From a virus: a stretch of DNA of 64,000 nt. The position numbers and the translations under genes were made by a program. The stretch lies in the IMG/VR virus record IMGVR_UViG_3300021092_000008. One strand, given 5' to 3'. The notes beneath the pieces were generated by a model. The model was not told the DNA's origin. It searched no databases and saw only the letters and a list, made by a program, of their open reading frames with translations. Shown here piece after piece: positions 10,101 to 18,963 of the stretch (its first letter is position 1; the number at the start of each line of letters is the position of its first letter).

Positions 10101-13100
10101 AATTCCAAACCCAACGGGAGGAACAATTACCCAGCAATTAGGATTAACTTCATCAGAATTAAATGCTAATTTTGATTACGATCCTTATAACTCAGGTCAG
10201 TCTAAAGTAATTACCAGTGATAAAACAGCAAGTAAAATTGGATTTACGATCCAATCTGCTAGAAAAGTAAATATTAGCGGCACGGATTTACTAGAACTTA
10301 CAGTATTTGATCACACAATTACTAATGATGCTCTTAAAAATGATAAATTTACTACAGTTGAGATTACCGCTCCACAGGGAGGAAGCTTCAGAATAAATGC
10401 TTCTACAACAACAGATCTAAGTAGAATCAATTGGAGCGGTTATTCAAGTGGTGGTGGATGGTTACAAGGATACTTTAATGTTCAGGAAACTGGTAAACAT
10501 TATTTAATTATCAAAAATATTGACGATAATAAAATTATTCCTTATAATTCTTTAATAACTACAAAATTCTCACAACCAGTATTAGATCAAAACGGAAATC
10601 CAACTTTTGATAGTAATAACAATCCAGTTTTAATTTATGCTAATCTTGCTGCTAAAGAAAACAGTGTAGGCAGTACTGATAATTCTTTAAGTAAATCTGC
10701 TAAAGCAGATTACCTTTATAGCAATAAAGATGCTAACGTATTAACTGTTACACCTGGCGATATTATCGAGGATGATGATAGCGTACAATATCGTGTTCTT
10801 TCTGTAGAAGATGCTGGAGAAATTGAAGATACATTCTATATTTTTGATATTAATGAGATTCAAAGAAGAATTCCAAATCAACAATCTGGAATTTACTATC
10901 TAACAGTAGTAAAAGGAAATATCAGTCCATATCCTACTGGTGCTGGAGTTGGGGAAAACTTTAGATATTATAAGTTCTCTCAACCAATTTCACAACTATA
11001 CCCATTAAATTATAAGAATGATCCATTGTGGTTCCAAATTAAACAAGATGGATCTAGAGATACTTCTATTATAGATACTCCTCCTACTGTTTGTGCCGCC
11101 AATAATTATGTACATGGTCTAGTAACAACAAACGATTACAAGAACAGTGAAACTAAAGAATCTGTATTAGATTTAATTGAAAATCCATCTTTATCTAGAT
11201 ATGATTATGTAACAAATGCAATCAAGGCACAGGAAGGTAACGCTGTATCTGGATCTGAAGATAGAAAAATTCCTATCTGTGGAGATTCACCATATCCAAC
11301 AGAAGGAAAACTTTATGTAGAACTTCGTAGACCATCGATTGCTCGTTCTGGTAACCACACGTTTGAATATCTTGGATTCGGTCCTGGTAACTACTCAACT
11401 GGTTTCCCACTACGCCAAGAAGTCGTTCTTTCTGATATTCAAGATTTTTATGCTCAATCGAAGAAAGAAGATGGTGGTATTGTATTCTATACTGGTCTAA
11501 ACTCTAATGGTGATCTCTATATTGGTAACCGTAAAATCAACGCCATTACGGGAGAAGAAACATATCTAGAAAGAGCTGTATTAGCAGATTCTGCTGATGA
11601 AACTGGCGATATTGGTGGTCTTGTAACCACTTTTGAACTTCCTGTAGTATTTGAAAAAGATATTACAGTTGATGGTAACGCTAATTTCAATAATCCAGTT
11701 ACTATTAATGTTGAAGCAAACGAACCAAACGCTCTTACTGTCGTATCTAATGTTTCTTCAATTGCTGGGGATGATATATCCTTAGATGGACAAGCATTTG
11801 ATCTAAGTTCAATACCTTCAGGTGGAGATATTGTCCTACATAAAAATCAAATTTGGGCTGGTGTTTACAATTTAAATCCTAGAGGCAATACTTTACTGAG
11901 TGGTCAAGATTACAGTATTAGAACTCATGTTGACCAAACAAATGGTAATACACCTTCCAACCACACCCCAAATCAAGAACTAAGTACATTAGGTCTTGCT
12001 ATACAGTTTGGAACAAGTGGACCTAAACCAGGCGATATACTTCTGAAAGGTAAAGAAATTGGATCTACTGGATCATTAGCGTGGGTATTTAGTAATTTCT
12101 ATAGCGATATCACAAGCAGTGTATTTACTGTAACTGCTTTAGGAAATAACTTAGTTAGATTTAATCTTCAAGCTGGAGTCAGTACAACTGATGCTGCTGT
12201 AAATATTGTAGTCGGTTCTACTTTAAGAATTGGCGGATTAACTGGAAGATTTACTAATGTAAATGGAATTAGAACAGTAACTGACAAAACTGCTAGCACA
12301 TTTACAGTAACAACTCCATTTGTTATTTCTACAAGTCCTAATGATCCTACTGTTATTACTGGATCTACAATTGAAATTTCTAGGAATTCTTGGAAAGAAG
12401 TTGGTGTTCTAGGAGCGGAAGCACTAAGAACAAATACTGACAATTATGGTGATTTTAGATTGGGGATTAATACTCTTGCTAGAGCATCCCACGGTACTGG
12501 TGGAGATCAAATTAATGGATTTGTTTCTGAGGCTGTAAAACCAAGAGCCAATCTTGATATTGTTGGTACTGCTTTTATTAGTGGTAAAACTTTAGCAACG
12601 AGTCCAAATAATTTTACTGCTAATCCAACTCTTGCTGCTAGAACATTCTTAACTCAAAATAATGCTTTCTTAGTTGGTGGTGATAGTTCAGCACCAAATA
12701 ATGCTTCCACGTTACGTGTGATGACCACAAATAATGGTAGATTTGGTATTAACACAACATTTAATGGAACTGTATCAACAGATTTAGATAGAACATTTGT
12801 TGTTATTGGTAATGCTAGAATTACTCAAGATGTTAGATTACAAGCAAATCTTGAAGTAAATGGCGGATCTTTAACAACTACTTCGACATTCTTTAATCTT
12901 ACTACAACACCAACTGATGTAAATGCTTTTGATGGTGCTAATAATCTTAATATTGCCAGCGTAACTACTGGTACACAAGTAGTGAATTTTGGTAATATTG
13001 CTTCTAATTCTACCTTTAACATTGGTGCCTTTAGTACTACTGGTGTATTAAACATCCATTCTTCAACAACAAGTTCTGTAATTTCCTTAGGAACTGCTAA

Positions 13101-15093
13101 TAATACAAATACAAACAGTACTAGTGTTGTAAGAATTGGTGGTGCTTATTCTAAGAATAGTGACAGCTTGATAAATGGTAGCATATTGAAAGTTTATAAC
13201 AGATATGCTCATTTTGATGGCGATGTTTCTTTTGGTAAAGGTTTAGCTACTGCTACTGGTATTGCTAGATTACAATCAAATGCTCAGCAAGTAGATTTCT
13301 TAACTATTACCACATCAAAAGTTAATCTTGCTACTGCTGCTTCTACTGTAAATATCGGTGCTCTAGGTGGCAATACAACAGTACAAAATTCATTAACTAT
13401 TCTTGCTAATACCACAATGAATGGAGACACCACATTATTGGGTGGTCTTAATTCTGGTTCATTCCAGTTAAGAAGAGGTTCTTTTAGTGTTCCAACACAA
13501 ACACATACTGCTGGCAACAACACAACAATTTTCAATATTGATCTCTATAAGAGACAGCCAATTAATAAAACAATTGATACTGAAGGAGCAGCTACATATG
13601 GAAATACTACATGGAAAGTATCTACTACTGATCCAGAAACTTATTTCTTACCCATAGGTGAAGTAGCAACTTCGTTAGAATATGAAGTTGGTGCTTACTT
13701 ATTAATTGACAGATCAGTAGCAGTTACTGGTCAAAATACTACAGTGTCTCCAGTTGGAGAACAATATAGTGAGCTTCTTGAAATTGTTGAAATTACAAAT
13801 ATTAATAATATTACGTCTCCTCCATCCTTAAGAATTACAGTTAAGAGAGCAAGAAACCAATTAACTTCTTCTGGTGGAATGGTTGTTGATAACAATGCTC
13901 CTAGCGGTTACAAGTTCTTAAGACATGATCACCCAGATAATGCTATTCTTGTTAGATATAACCTATCAAAAACTGTTAGTTTCCTGACAACAACTTTGAA
14001 TGCTCCTACACCAGGAACTCTACAAAATGCTACCACTGGAACGTTTAGCGGAACTGTTACTGTTGGTGATATCTTTAGACTTTCTGCTAATGCTGAAGGA
14101 TACTTAGGTGAATTAACTTTTGTTAATGGTGTAACGGAAACATCAGTACAAAAATTTGTTGTCAATGATGGTGGAACCCCAGCTACAGAATTGTTTGTTG
14201 TTGAATCTACTACTGGTAACACCAGCATCTATGGTAATACTACAGTATATAAAAATCTAACGCTTTCTGGATCAACTACAGCAAATACAGATAGACTTAT
14301 CATCACTGATGGTACTACAGTTAATAATTTTGTAGTTGATAGTGCTAATGGCAATACATCTATTGCTGGCAATTTGGGTGTCGGTGGAACTCTCTATGAT
14401 AAGTTTGTAGTTACTGGATCGTCAGGAAATACCTTGTTAAAAGGTGGCAATCTAACTATTACTGCTTCTGACGGAACAACTAATAGATTAACTCTACAAA
14501 ATTCTAGTGGTAATTTAACAATCAGCGGGACACTTACTGCTAGCGGAACTGGTGAAAATGTATTCGTTGGCGACATTAAATTAACTGGTGGTGATCTAAC
14601 AGTAAGTAAACTCGTCGGCAATGTCGAAACAAATATCTTTAAAATTAATAATACTGGATCTATTGACTATGCTAATCAGACTGGATTCTTTACTCCTTCT
14701 GGTGCTAGAAAGTGGATTTACGCTAGTGGAGGCGCCGAAATAATTGAGGTACAATCAAATATAAACTATTTTGTTGCTCCTTCTGCTAATACGGTCATCA
14801 AATTGCCATTAACTCCCACAACTGGTGACATGATAAGAATTGTTGATGTCGGTGGTTTACTGACTTATAATGTTTCACTCAAATTTAGATGCCCAACAGG
14901 AACTAGAATACAAGGCGACGGAACTAATTCTGGTGGTACGCCAGATCCAGGATCTACATATAATGGTGGCGAACTAATTATCCAAACACCTAATGCTGCT
15001 CTTGGATTAATTTTCATTGGTTCTACTAATTATGATGGAACAACCACAGGTGCTCCATCAACACAACAAGGTTGGTGGTTAATGGAAATCTAA
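4111..15093 (+). CDS. giant tail fibre/virion structural protein (3660 aa)
   Basis: cyanophage-type N-terminus (LYVSPDD..ATD..DNRGNS..RPFKTIQRA), beta-helix-like region, KCxRDxG helical repeats, Thr/Gly/Asn-rich shaft, C-terminal LP..P..GD.IRIVD..G domain. Confidence 0.85.
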   Translation: MALTRLDNLYSSKTGKYLYVSPDDFNATDELDNRGNSPLRPFKTIQRAFIEVARYSYLPGKDNDRFDQFSIMLMPGDHYIDNRPGLVDYNEGGRQRYYDSQNLILANRQEIIDRAAAEVAVQHPDFYFPGDNQTDSSSRYADAYRFIQKNRTVIVDTALAEVAVQHPDFYFPGDSQTDTGSRYADSYRLIKLNKTQIVNTAWANMLAQYPSSAPTETKCKRDLGIFVDSISLDVYTRGNRYSKEFALQYFNNGVPISNGLVGEEVQSVYAFNEAAALMKTAIVNGLAVNDLTITADPLTGLNTSPNSCADVRAAIDTLNTIVTTAISTGSIAGLPNPVNDGVFSLVGEPKCRRDIGIFVDAISLDIFQGGGNRYTRKFIKNYFNAAGTSWVNNGLQDEQEQSNTAFAKARDMMIQAINNQLYYKDLTITADPATGSNTSVSSCADVAAAITSLTAIVTTTVTAGNLTNLVAETVPNITPGETKCKRDIGYIVDAVSSDLANGGNANIIAATKSYFSKSGVPIANGLVDEEDQSITAFNMARDMMKKAVTNQLSTKDLTISPGPADYDLGGVVIPNLPSGNAATCIDVQTNIDTLIAIITTTIDAGNLNNLADIQVTGTIPVFNYSKALEEWQDNTVLDLSNPDNVLYKFNASTGGAIVPRGCSLIGYDLRRTIVRPLYVPDPTDGTQGRTSIFNLTGGCYIWQFTIKDGDLSSNSPLFDETDNVGKVYFQKGNVSQLAVPEYSHHKICIMEYAENQELDLYYQKVARAFALFQPTIDDGDFEPLPQENRIVGPLSDTRSIVNIKLVANTNTEKTTVRVTTKIAHGYFKDQYIAIIDNGLNDLLNGTFKVTATNVGNNPKVFEYEVNSTIAILGLDITQDGYSTGSTPALSTNARGQAEIDSVESASPYVFNCSIRSTWGICGMWADGAKATGFRSMVVAQYTGVSLQKDDRAFIRYDEFTNTWNQASLTDAFATVPYHAKGDAYWKDDWRNFHIRASNDAFIQCVSVFAVGFHDHFLMESGGDMSITNSNSNFGNTSLHAAGFKGFAFNQDKGGYITDIIPVKEIDSSSFNENTLKYYSIALQPTKLESNNTKLYYGADNAYDPFTKPTTTIETYRLGAKNDEKIFLKLKSTSGSTDEYNCTLSPSGFKRYTVSLDTLNPDGVSIDSVAQDAANRIEDNKTFIQQEAYGYIIQKYPNLLTNTNITISKCQRDIGIFVDAVIQDLRLGGNINTIQAAEGYYVGGQLSYITSELNETIEGLDYVKNLCISAMRNFDYLIRNCATTTGSPIVDIGDTSGIVIGMKVTQYAYNTTNFTNGRLNANAVPVTDFPVIPSNVYVKRILDATKIELGTQGSKLSTGTTVVANTTTASGAYLYFELPQTASLTDSNNNLQGAWAAQFATKDPTILQDTSTWTGTEKGYPECVDIATTIQGYFSNVNLILNQGLSPLNSTAIDASNLIKSNKQLIAEVAVDRMLTYFPGFVIPGGNQECIDDVLKVIDALTFNVKYGSNSKIYEAGLLYATQPALLAGERSQSTYVYQQVRDMAIQAMRNETITITGSTLTQYKDLTILQDPLNPACAGVATAINNLMAILIQSIGTEDTPGNLNGITKTTPEFTNITRVESTLDTANLATRATLFTVNTGGGTSNPHNFETGTPVRLVPRAKDGTYPDKRVIRLPRGFDTNTIYYVIAPGRGTYPENYADDAIYPNIFGPTASTKLMLASTKENAAAGIYIYSSETDSVDQNVEIELQQYTLDETYNLHKYTCNFTAGQTDVIKTDIPHIFDTPGNINQVQKIFFRTFGDPADSQLPQITVNGVSSPVSTTEYYYVRYVSSKTFSVHTTAAEALAGTPRVTFTSGFGKDFYVFADKRVSPVRFDVTAQVIETSTNITRTGLWYINVKDETTEQYNILKRLHELGATVKDERSKNTFYKRLTDSRTAADRIYRLRYVIPEYAEGVRDPLRGFVIKARTDETRKLLPQKIILKKVASGSPNVAYFETEIPNPTGGTITQQLGLTSSELNANFDYDPYNSGQSKVITSDKTASKIGFTIQSARKVNISGTDLLELTVFDHTITNDALKNDKFTTVEITAPQGGSFRINASTTTDLSRINWSGYSSGGGWLQGYFNVQETGKHYLIIKNIDDNKIIPYNSLITTKFSQPVLDQNGNPTFDSNNNPVLIYANLAAKENSVGSTDNSLSKSAKADYLYSNKDANVLTVTPGDIIEDDDSVQYRVLSVEDAGEIEDTFYIFDINEIQRRIPNQQSGIYYLTVVKGNISPYPTGAGVGENFRYYKFSQPISQLYPLNYKNDPLWFQIKQDGSRDTSIIDTPPTVCAANNYVHGLVTTNDYKNSETKESVLDLIENPSLSRYDYVTNAIKAQEGNAVSGSEDRKIPICGDSPYPTEGKLYVELRRPSIARSGNHTFEYLGFGPGNYSTGFPLRQEVVLSDIQDFYAQSKKEDGGIVFYTGLNSNGDLYIGNRKINAITGEETYLERAVLADSADETGDIGGLVTTFELPVVFEKDITVDGNANFNNPVTINVEANEPNALTVVSNVSSIAGDDISLDGQAFDLSSIPSGGDIVLHKNQIWAGVYNLNPRGNTLLSGQDYSIRTHVDQTNGNTPSNHTPNQELSTLGLAIQFGTSGPKPGDILLKGKEIGSTGSLAWVFSNFYSDITSSVFTVTALGNNLVRFNLQAGVSTTDAAVNIVVGSTLRIGGLTGRFTNVNGIRTVTDKTASTFTVTTPFVISTSPNDPTVITGSTIEISRNSWKEVGVLGAEALRTNTDNYGDFRLGINTLARASHGTGGDQINGFVSEAVKPRANLDIVGTAFISGKTLATSPNNFTANPTLAARTFLTQNNAFLVGGDSSAPNNASTLRVMTTNNGRFGINTTFNGTVSTDLDRTFVVIGNARITQDVRLQANLEVNGGSLTTTSTFFNLTTTPTDVNAFDGANNLNIASVTTGTQVVNFGNIASNSTFNIGAFSTTGVLNIHSSTTSSVISLGTANNTNTNSTSVVRIGGAYSKNSDSLINGSILKVYNRYAHFDGDVSFGKGLATATGIARLQSNAQQVDFLTITTSKVNLATAASTVNIGALGGNTTVQNSLTILANTTMNGDTTLLGGLNSGSFQLRRGSFSVPTQTHTAGNNTTIFNIDLYKRQPINKTIDTEGAATYGNTTWKVSTTDPETYFLPIGEVATSLEYEVGAYLLIDRSVAVTGQNTTVSPVGEQYSELLEIVEITNINNITSPPSLRITVKRARNQLTSSGGMVVDNNAPSGYKFLRHDHPDNAILVRYNLSKTVSFLTTTLNAPTPGTLQNATTGTFSGTVTVGDIFRLSANAEGYLGELTFVNGVTETSVQKFVVNDGGTPATELFVVESTTGNTSIYGNTTVYKNLTLSGSTTANTDRLIITDGTTVNNFVVDSANGNTSIAGNLGVGGTLYDKFVVTGSSGNTLLKGGNLTITASDGTTNRLTLQNSSGNLTISGTLTASGTGENVFVGDIKLTGGDLTVSKLVGNVETNIFKINNTGSIDYANQTGFFTPSGARKWIYASGGAEIIEVQSNINYFVAPSANTVIKLPLTPTTGDMIRIVDVGGLLTYNVSLKFRCPTGTRIQGDGTNSGGTPDPGSTYNGGELIIQTPNAALGLIFIGSTNYDGTTTGAPSTQQGWWLMEI
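4459..4676 (+). repeat. intragenic direct repeat in fibre gene
   Basis: GCTGAAGTTGCTGTACAACATCCAGATTTTTATTTTCCTGG at 4459 and 4588 (AEVAVQHPDFYFPGD twice). Confidence 0.85.
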
Positions 15094-15094
15094 T

Positions 15095-16729
15095 ATGGCA
15101 AGTTATAACACAGTACGTACTGCTGAAGCTCAACCCATAGGATCTTTAGTTCCTTGGGGTGGGTCATTAACTAGGATTCCGAAAGGTTGGCTTTTGTGTA
15201 ATGGAGCGGAATTAAATGCATATGAATTCCCGCTTCTAGCAAGAGTATTAAAAGACACATATGGTGGACTAGGTTTTGGAGGTACATTTCCAAATTATAC
15301 TGGTACATTTAAATTACCAACTGTAAACCAAAAATCACTAGCAGATATTTCTGTTGCATATTTTTCAAGTAATACACTATCACAACCAACAATTAATGTA
15401 GATACTCCAACCGCTGCTAGTGTAGTGGCATCATATGTTGGAACTGAAGGAGATTTGGGACCACCACAAACAGTTTATGCCACAACTGATTTGAATTTTA
15501 CTTATACCCCAGATCCAGATGGTATTATTAATACTTTTACTTTCACTGGAACTGCTCCAACTAGTACGACTACAACTTTATTTTCTAATGTCCCTGCTAC
15601 TACTACATCAGGAACTGGTACAGGAGCATTTTTTAATGTAGTAAAAAATACCAACCAAACATATACTGTCATTTTAAAACAAAAAGGATCTGGTTATGTC
15701 TCTGGAAATACTTTAACAATACCATTTAATTTGATTGGTGGTAATTCAACTGCTAATAATGTCACAATTACTGTTACATCTGTTGGCAATGGATTTTTTC
15801 AGGGAACTATTAAAAATACTGATGGAAATAAATTAAAATTTACTCCAGGTTTTGATATTACACCAATCTATATTGTTCCTAGGAAGTTAGGAAGGCAACA
15901 TATGCCTCAGCATCTTCACCCTGGATCATATTTAAGTATTAACAAAAATGATGTTTCTGATAATCCAGGACAAGGTGTTGGTGTTTTTGATAGTCCACAA
16001 ATTGTGATTGGTGAACTTGCCCATTGTTTGTTTCCAGCTGTAGGTATTTTCTGTGCCAGAGAAGTACAAGCTTGTGGTCAAGGTGGTCGCCTTGAGGGAT
16101 ATAATGTTTGGGGAAGTTCACAAACAGATGGAACAATTACAGTCAGTGCTCCATTTGAACCTGGGGTTGGTAGATATGCTCTAGCATCTATCGCTGGTAC
16201 ATTACCTGCTAGAACTCATACAGCTTTATTTACATCTAGTGGTGCCCATGGCGTTGGTAAAGGATGGTTTACTGATGCTAAAAAATTAAGAGATGGAAAT
16301 GGAAATGTCAGTTCTGCTGGTAATGCTTTGGAACAACTAAGGCTCGATGGAAAAATTCGTGAAGGAACTTATATTCCTTTTAGTGATGATAAGTCAGTAA
16401 ATTTCTATATAAACTATGATGATGGTTTAGCAGCTGGATTAGGTAGTGATAATACAGTAGCACCAACAACGGTCATGTTCAATAATGCTGCTACTAGTTT
16501 TACTAAAACAGTAAGAACAAATTTTACTGTTTTAGATGTTATTCAATGTCATGATCACCAAGGGAGTCTTAATGTTACATATGATAATGGTAATCTTTTT
16601 ATTCCAGATTCGATAGCTGCTAATGTTGTACCTAATGTAACTCCAGATAGTGTTCCTGGAGCATTTCAAATTATTTTTACTATACCTACAGCATCTTTAG
16701 CTATAACCAATTTAATTAGAGCATACTAA
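15095..16729 (+). CDS. tail-collar-domain fibre protein
   Basis: PIGSLVPWGG...IPKGWLLCNG...FPLLARVL collar domain; HxH motifs (HLH, HTA/HDH). Confidence 0.85.
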   Translation: MASYNTVRTAEAQPIGSLVPWGGSLTRIPKGWLLCNGAELNAYEFPLLARVLKDTYGGLGFGGTFPNYTGTFKLPTVNQKSLADISVAYFSSNTLSQPTINVDTPTAASVVASYVGTEGDLGPPQTVYATTDLNFTYTPDPDGIINTFTFTGTAPTSTTTTLFSNVPATTTSGTGTGAFFNVVKNTNQTYTVILKQKGSGYVSGNTLTIPFNLIGGNSTANNVTITVTSVGNGFFQGTIKNTDGNKLKFTPGFDITPIYIVPRKLGRQHMPQHLHPGSYLSINKNDVSDNPGQGVGVFDSPQIVIGELAHCLFPAVGIFCAREVQACGQGGRLEGYNVWGSSQTDGTITVSAPFEPGVGRYALASIAGTLPARTHTALFTSSGAHGVGKGWFTDAKKLRDGNGNVSSAGNALEQLRLDGKIREGTYIPFSDDKSVNFYINYDDGLAAGLGSDNTVAPTTVMFNNAATSFTKTVRTNFTVLDVIQCHDHQGSLNVTYDNGNLFIPDSIAANVVPNVTPDSVPGAFQIIFTIPTASLAITNLIRAY

Positions 16730-16730
16730 A

Positions 16731-17624
16731 ATGGCAAAATATTATTCAGTAGAAAAGGCAAAATTTGGTGGTACAACTGGAACTATTATTCCATTTATGA
16801 GACAACTTCCATCAACAAATTTTCCAGATCAAGGAAACTGGAAAAACTATGTTCCCGCTGGATTTTTGAGATGTGATGGAACTATTTACAAAGCTGATTT
16901 GTTTCCTATATTAGCTTCTGTAATAGGAATTGGAACCAGTTGTAGATTTGCTAAAGTGACTACTGGAGCAAACGCTATATCATCAGATTCTATTCAATTA
17001 CCAGATTTAGGATCAAAATTTATTAGATGCTCAAATGCTTCTGGTCAATATCTAAATCTAACAACAGCTCAAGATACTACACTATCAAAAGTTGGAGTAG
17101 AAACTGAAGTTAGTTCTCTAGTAGGAAGTTCAGCAACAATTACTTACGCTGGTACATTTAATCTTACTGGAGCCACTGATATAAACTTCAGTGGGAATCC
17201 TTTCTTTGTATCTGATAATGCTGGATATTCTCCATTAGATTTTTTAACAGAAGATAATTTTCAAGCTCATGGTCATAATGCTGATGTTGGAGTTTTTACA
17301 TATCTAGGAAAATGGAAAGATAGTAATTGGACCAGCAATGGTGGATCAGGATCTAATAGTGGAAAAACTGATGGATCTAACAATTTAGAGCAAATACAAG
17401 GAGCTAGTAATGCTGTTAACAATCCTAGTCATAACCACCAAGTACTTTTTCCCACTTCCACTCAATTAAAAGCAGCCACAACATTTAAATTTAAGTATAA
17501 TGATAATCAAACGATTTCTGCTGACGGATTAACTAGCACTATACAATTATCCACAGAGAATGTTAAAAAATTAGATAATGTTATTATGCCTTATGTTTTA
17601 GTAGAATATATTATTAAAATTTGA
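16731..17624 (+). CDS. tail-collar-domain short fibre/baseplate protein
   Basis: TGTIIPF...PAGFLRCDG...FPILASVIG...LPDL; HGH/HNH; C-terminal PY..VEYIIK. Confidence 0.85.
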   Translation: MAKYYSVEKAKFGGTTGTIIPFMRQLPSTNFPDQGNWKNYVPAGFLRCDGTIYKADLFPILASVIGIGTSCRFAKVTTGANAISSDSIQLPDLGSKFIRCSNASGQYLNLTTAQDTTLSKVGVETEVSSLVGSSATITYAGTFNLTGATDINFSGNPFFVSDNAGYSPLDFLTEDNFQAHGHNADVGVFTYLGKWKDSNWTSNGGSGSNSGKTDGSNNLEQIQGASNAVNNPSHNHQVLFPTSTQLKAATTFKFKYNDNQTISADGLTSTIQLSTENVKKLDNVIMPYVLVEYIIKI

Positions 17625-17625
17625 T

Positions 17626-18939
17626 ATGGGATTTAAAGCCGTACCTTATTCCACCGCAGTCTGTGGTACTAATTGTGAAGGATGTGGATCAATATCTTTA
17701 AGTGCCCCAAATAATGCTACATACTCAACAAAATTTACTTCAGTTGTTTTTGCTAGCTATGGAACTCCTAATGGATCTTGTGGATCTTTTACTTACGGTG
17801 GATGTCATGCTGGATCTTCTTTTGGGGTCGTTTCTAATGCTTTTATCGGCAAGACTTCGGGATCTGTAAATCCTGTTAATGGTACATTTGGTGACCCTTG
17901 TCTAGGAACTTATAAGAGACTTTTTATTCAGTTAACTGCTTCTGGCACACAGCAGGTATTTGTTCCAATTCCTGTAATAAATTCTTTTTCTGCTTCTCCA
18001 AATCCACAAATTAGCCCTAATGGCACACCTCAATATACAACTACTTTAACGTGGTCAACTACTAATGGCAGTGGTGGTAGTGCTACAATTACTAGTAGTG
18101 CTGGAGAAACGTGGAATGTTAGTTCTTTAGGTGGTAATTTAAATATTACAAATTTACCACAATCTTCGGTAGGTACTAATTCTCCTGCTACAAGAACATA
18201 TACTTTAGTTGTAAAAAATGAACTTAATGAATCCGTATCCACTACCATAACTGTTTCTTCATATAGCGATAATGTTCCGAATGATTATACTGTTCCATCT
18301 AAAATTGACCAGGAACCTAACACTACAATCATTTGGTCATTTGGACCAATAACAGGTATTGATATGGGAACTACATCAACTGTTAGTTCGGGAGTTGAAA
18401 TTTCTTTAAATGGAAATAATTGGACTAATTCTCTTTTAGTATCTTCTGGGCAATCGTTATTATTAAGAACAACCACTTTACCTTTTAACACAAGTCCTTT
18501 AGCATTAACAAATACAAAATCTTTGTATGTTGATATTGGACCACTAAGGAAGTATTTTTCTGTTATAACTAGAGCACCAAATATAGAAGAATTATTTGAT
18601 TTTGGCGATGCTATGACAGCATTTCCATTTCCTGATATTGATCAAGTAACTAATACTCCAACTCAATATATAACCAGTCCATCAACTATAGTTGTAGACA
18701 ATGTTGAATTATCTAATCCATATGGAACCGAGATGCTTACCGATAACAGCGAAACTCAAGTTAGAATTAAAACAGCTGGAACTTCTACGTTTGGAAGCTG
18801 GAAATATTTAAGACAAGGATTGCTAAAAATTCCTTTCGGATCTATCACAACCAGAACATCAATTATTACAAATAGTACTCCTACACTATTTTCTACCAGA
18901 TCTTCTGGAACATTGACAAGTTCTAATACTATTCCATAA
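17626..18939 (+). CDS. virion adhesin paralog 1 with N-terminal SUEL (Gal/rhamnose-binding) lectin domain
   Basis: CE...LS.P, FASYGTP.G.CG, GCHA, FGDPC.GTYKRL; shared stalk GPITGIDM...RAP..EE.FDFGD...FPDIDQVTNTPTQY. Confidence 0.8.
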   Translation: MGFKAVPYSTAVCGTNCEGCGSISLSAPNNATYSTKFTSVVFASYGTPNGSCGSFTYGGCHAGSSFGVVSNAFIGKTSGSVNPVNGTFGDPCLGTYKRLFIQLTASGTQQVFVPIPVINSFSASPNPQISPNGTPQYTTTLTWSTTNGSGGSATITSSAGETWNVSSLGGNLNITNLPQSSVGTNSPATRTYTLVVKNELNESVSTTITVSSYSDNVPNDYTVPSKIDQEPNTTIIWSFGPITGIDMGTTSTVSSGVEISLNGNNWTNSLLVSSGQSLLLRTTTLPFNTSPLALTNTKSLYVDIGPLRKYFSVITRAPNIEELFDFGDAMTAFPFPDIDQVTNTPTQYITSPSTIVVDNVELSNPYGTEMLTDNSETQVRIKTAGTSTFGSWKYLRQGLLKIPFGSITTRTSIITNSTPTLFSTRSSGTLTSSNTIP

Positions 18940-18942
18940 ATA
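18935..18942 (+). promoter_or_regulatory. late promoter
   Basis: CATAAATA overlapping the upstream stop codon. Confidence 0.6.
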
Positions 18943-18963
18943 ATAAAAAAATATTGTGCTGTA

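Noticed and set aside
4914-14621. Many short minus-strand ORFs inside the fibre gene
   Set aside because: They are shadow frames of a long, biased coding sequence.
4111-15093. Intein or intron in the giant ORF
   Set aside because: The frame is continuous, with no intein splice-junction or LAGLIDADG motifs recognised.
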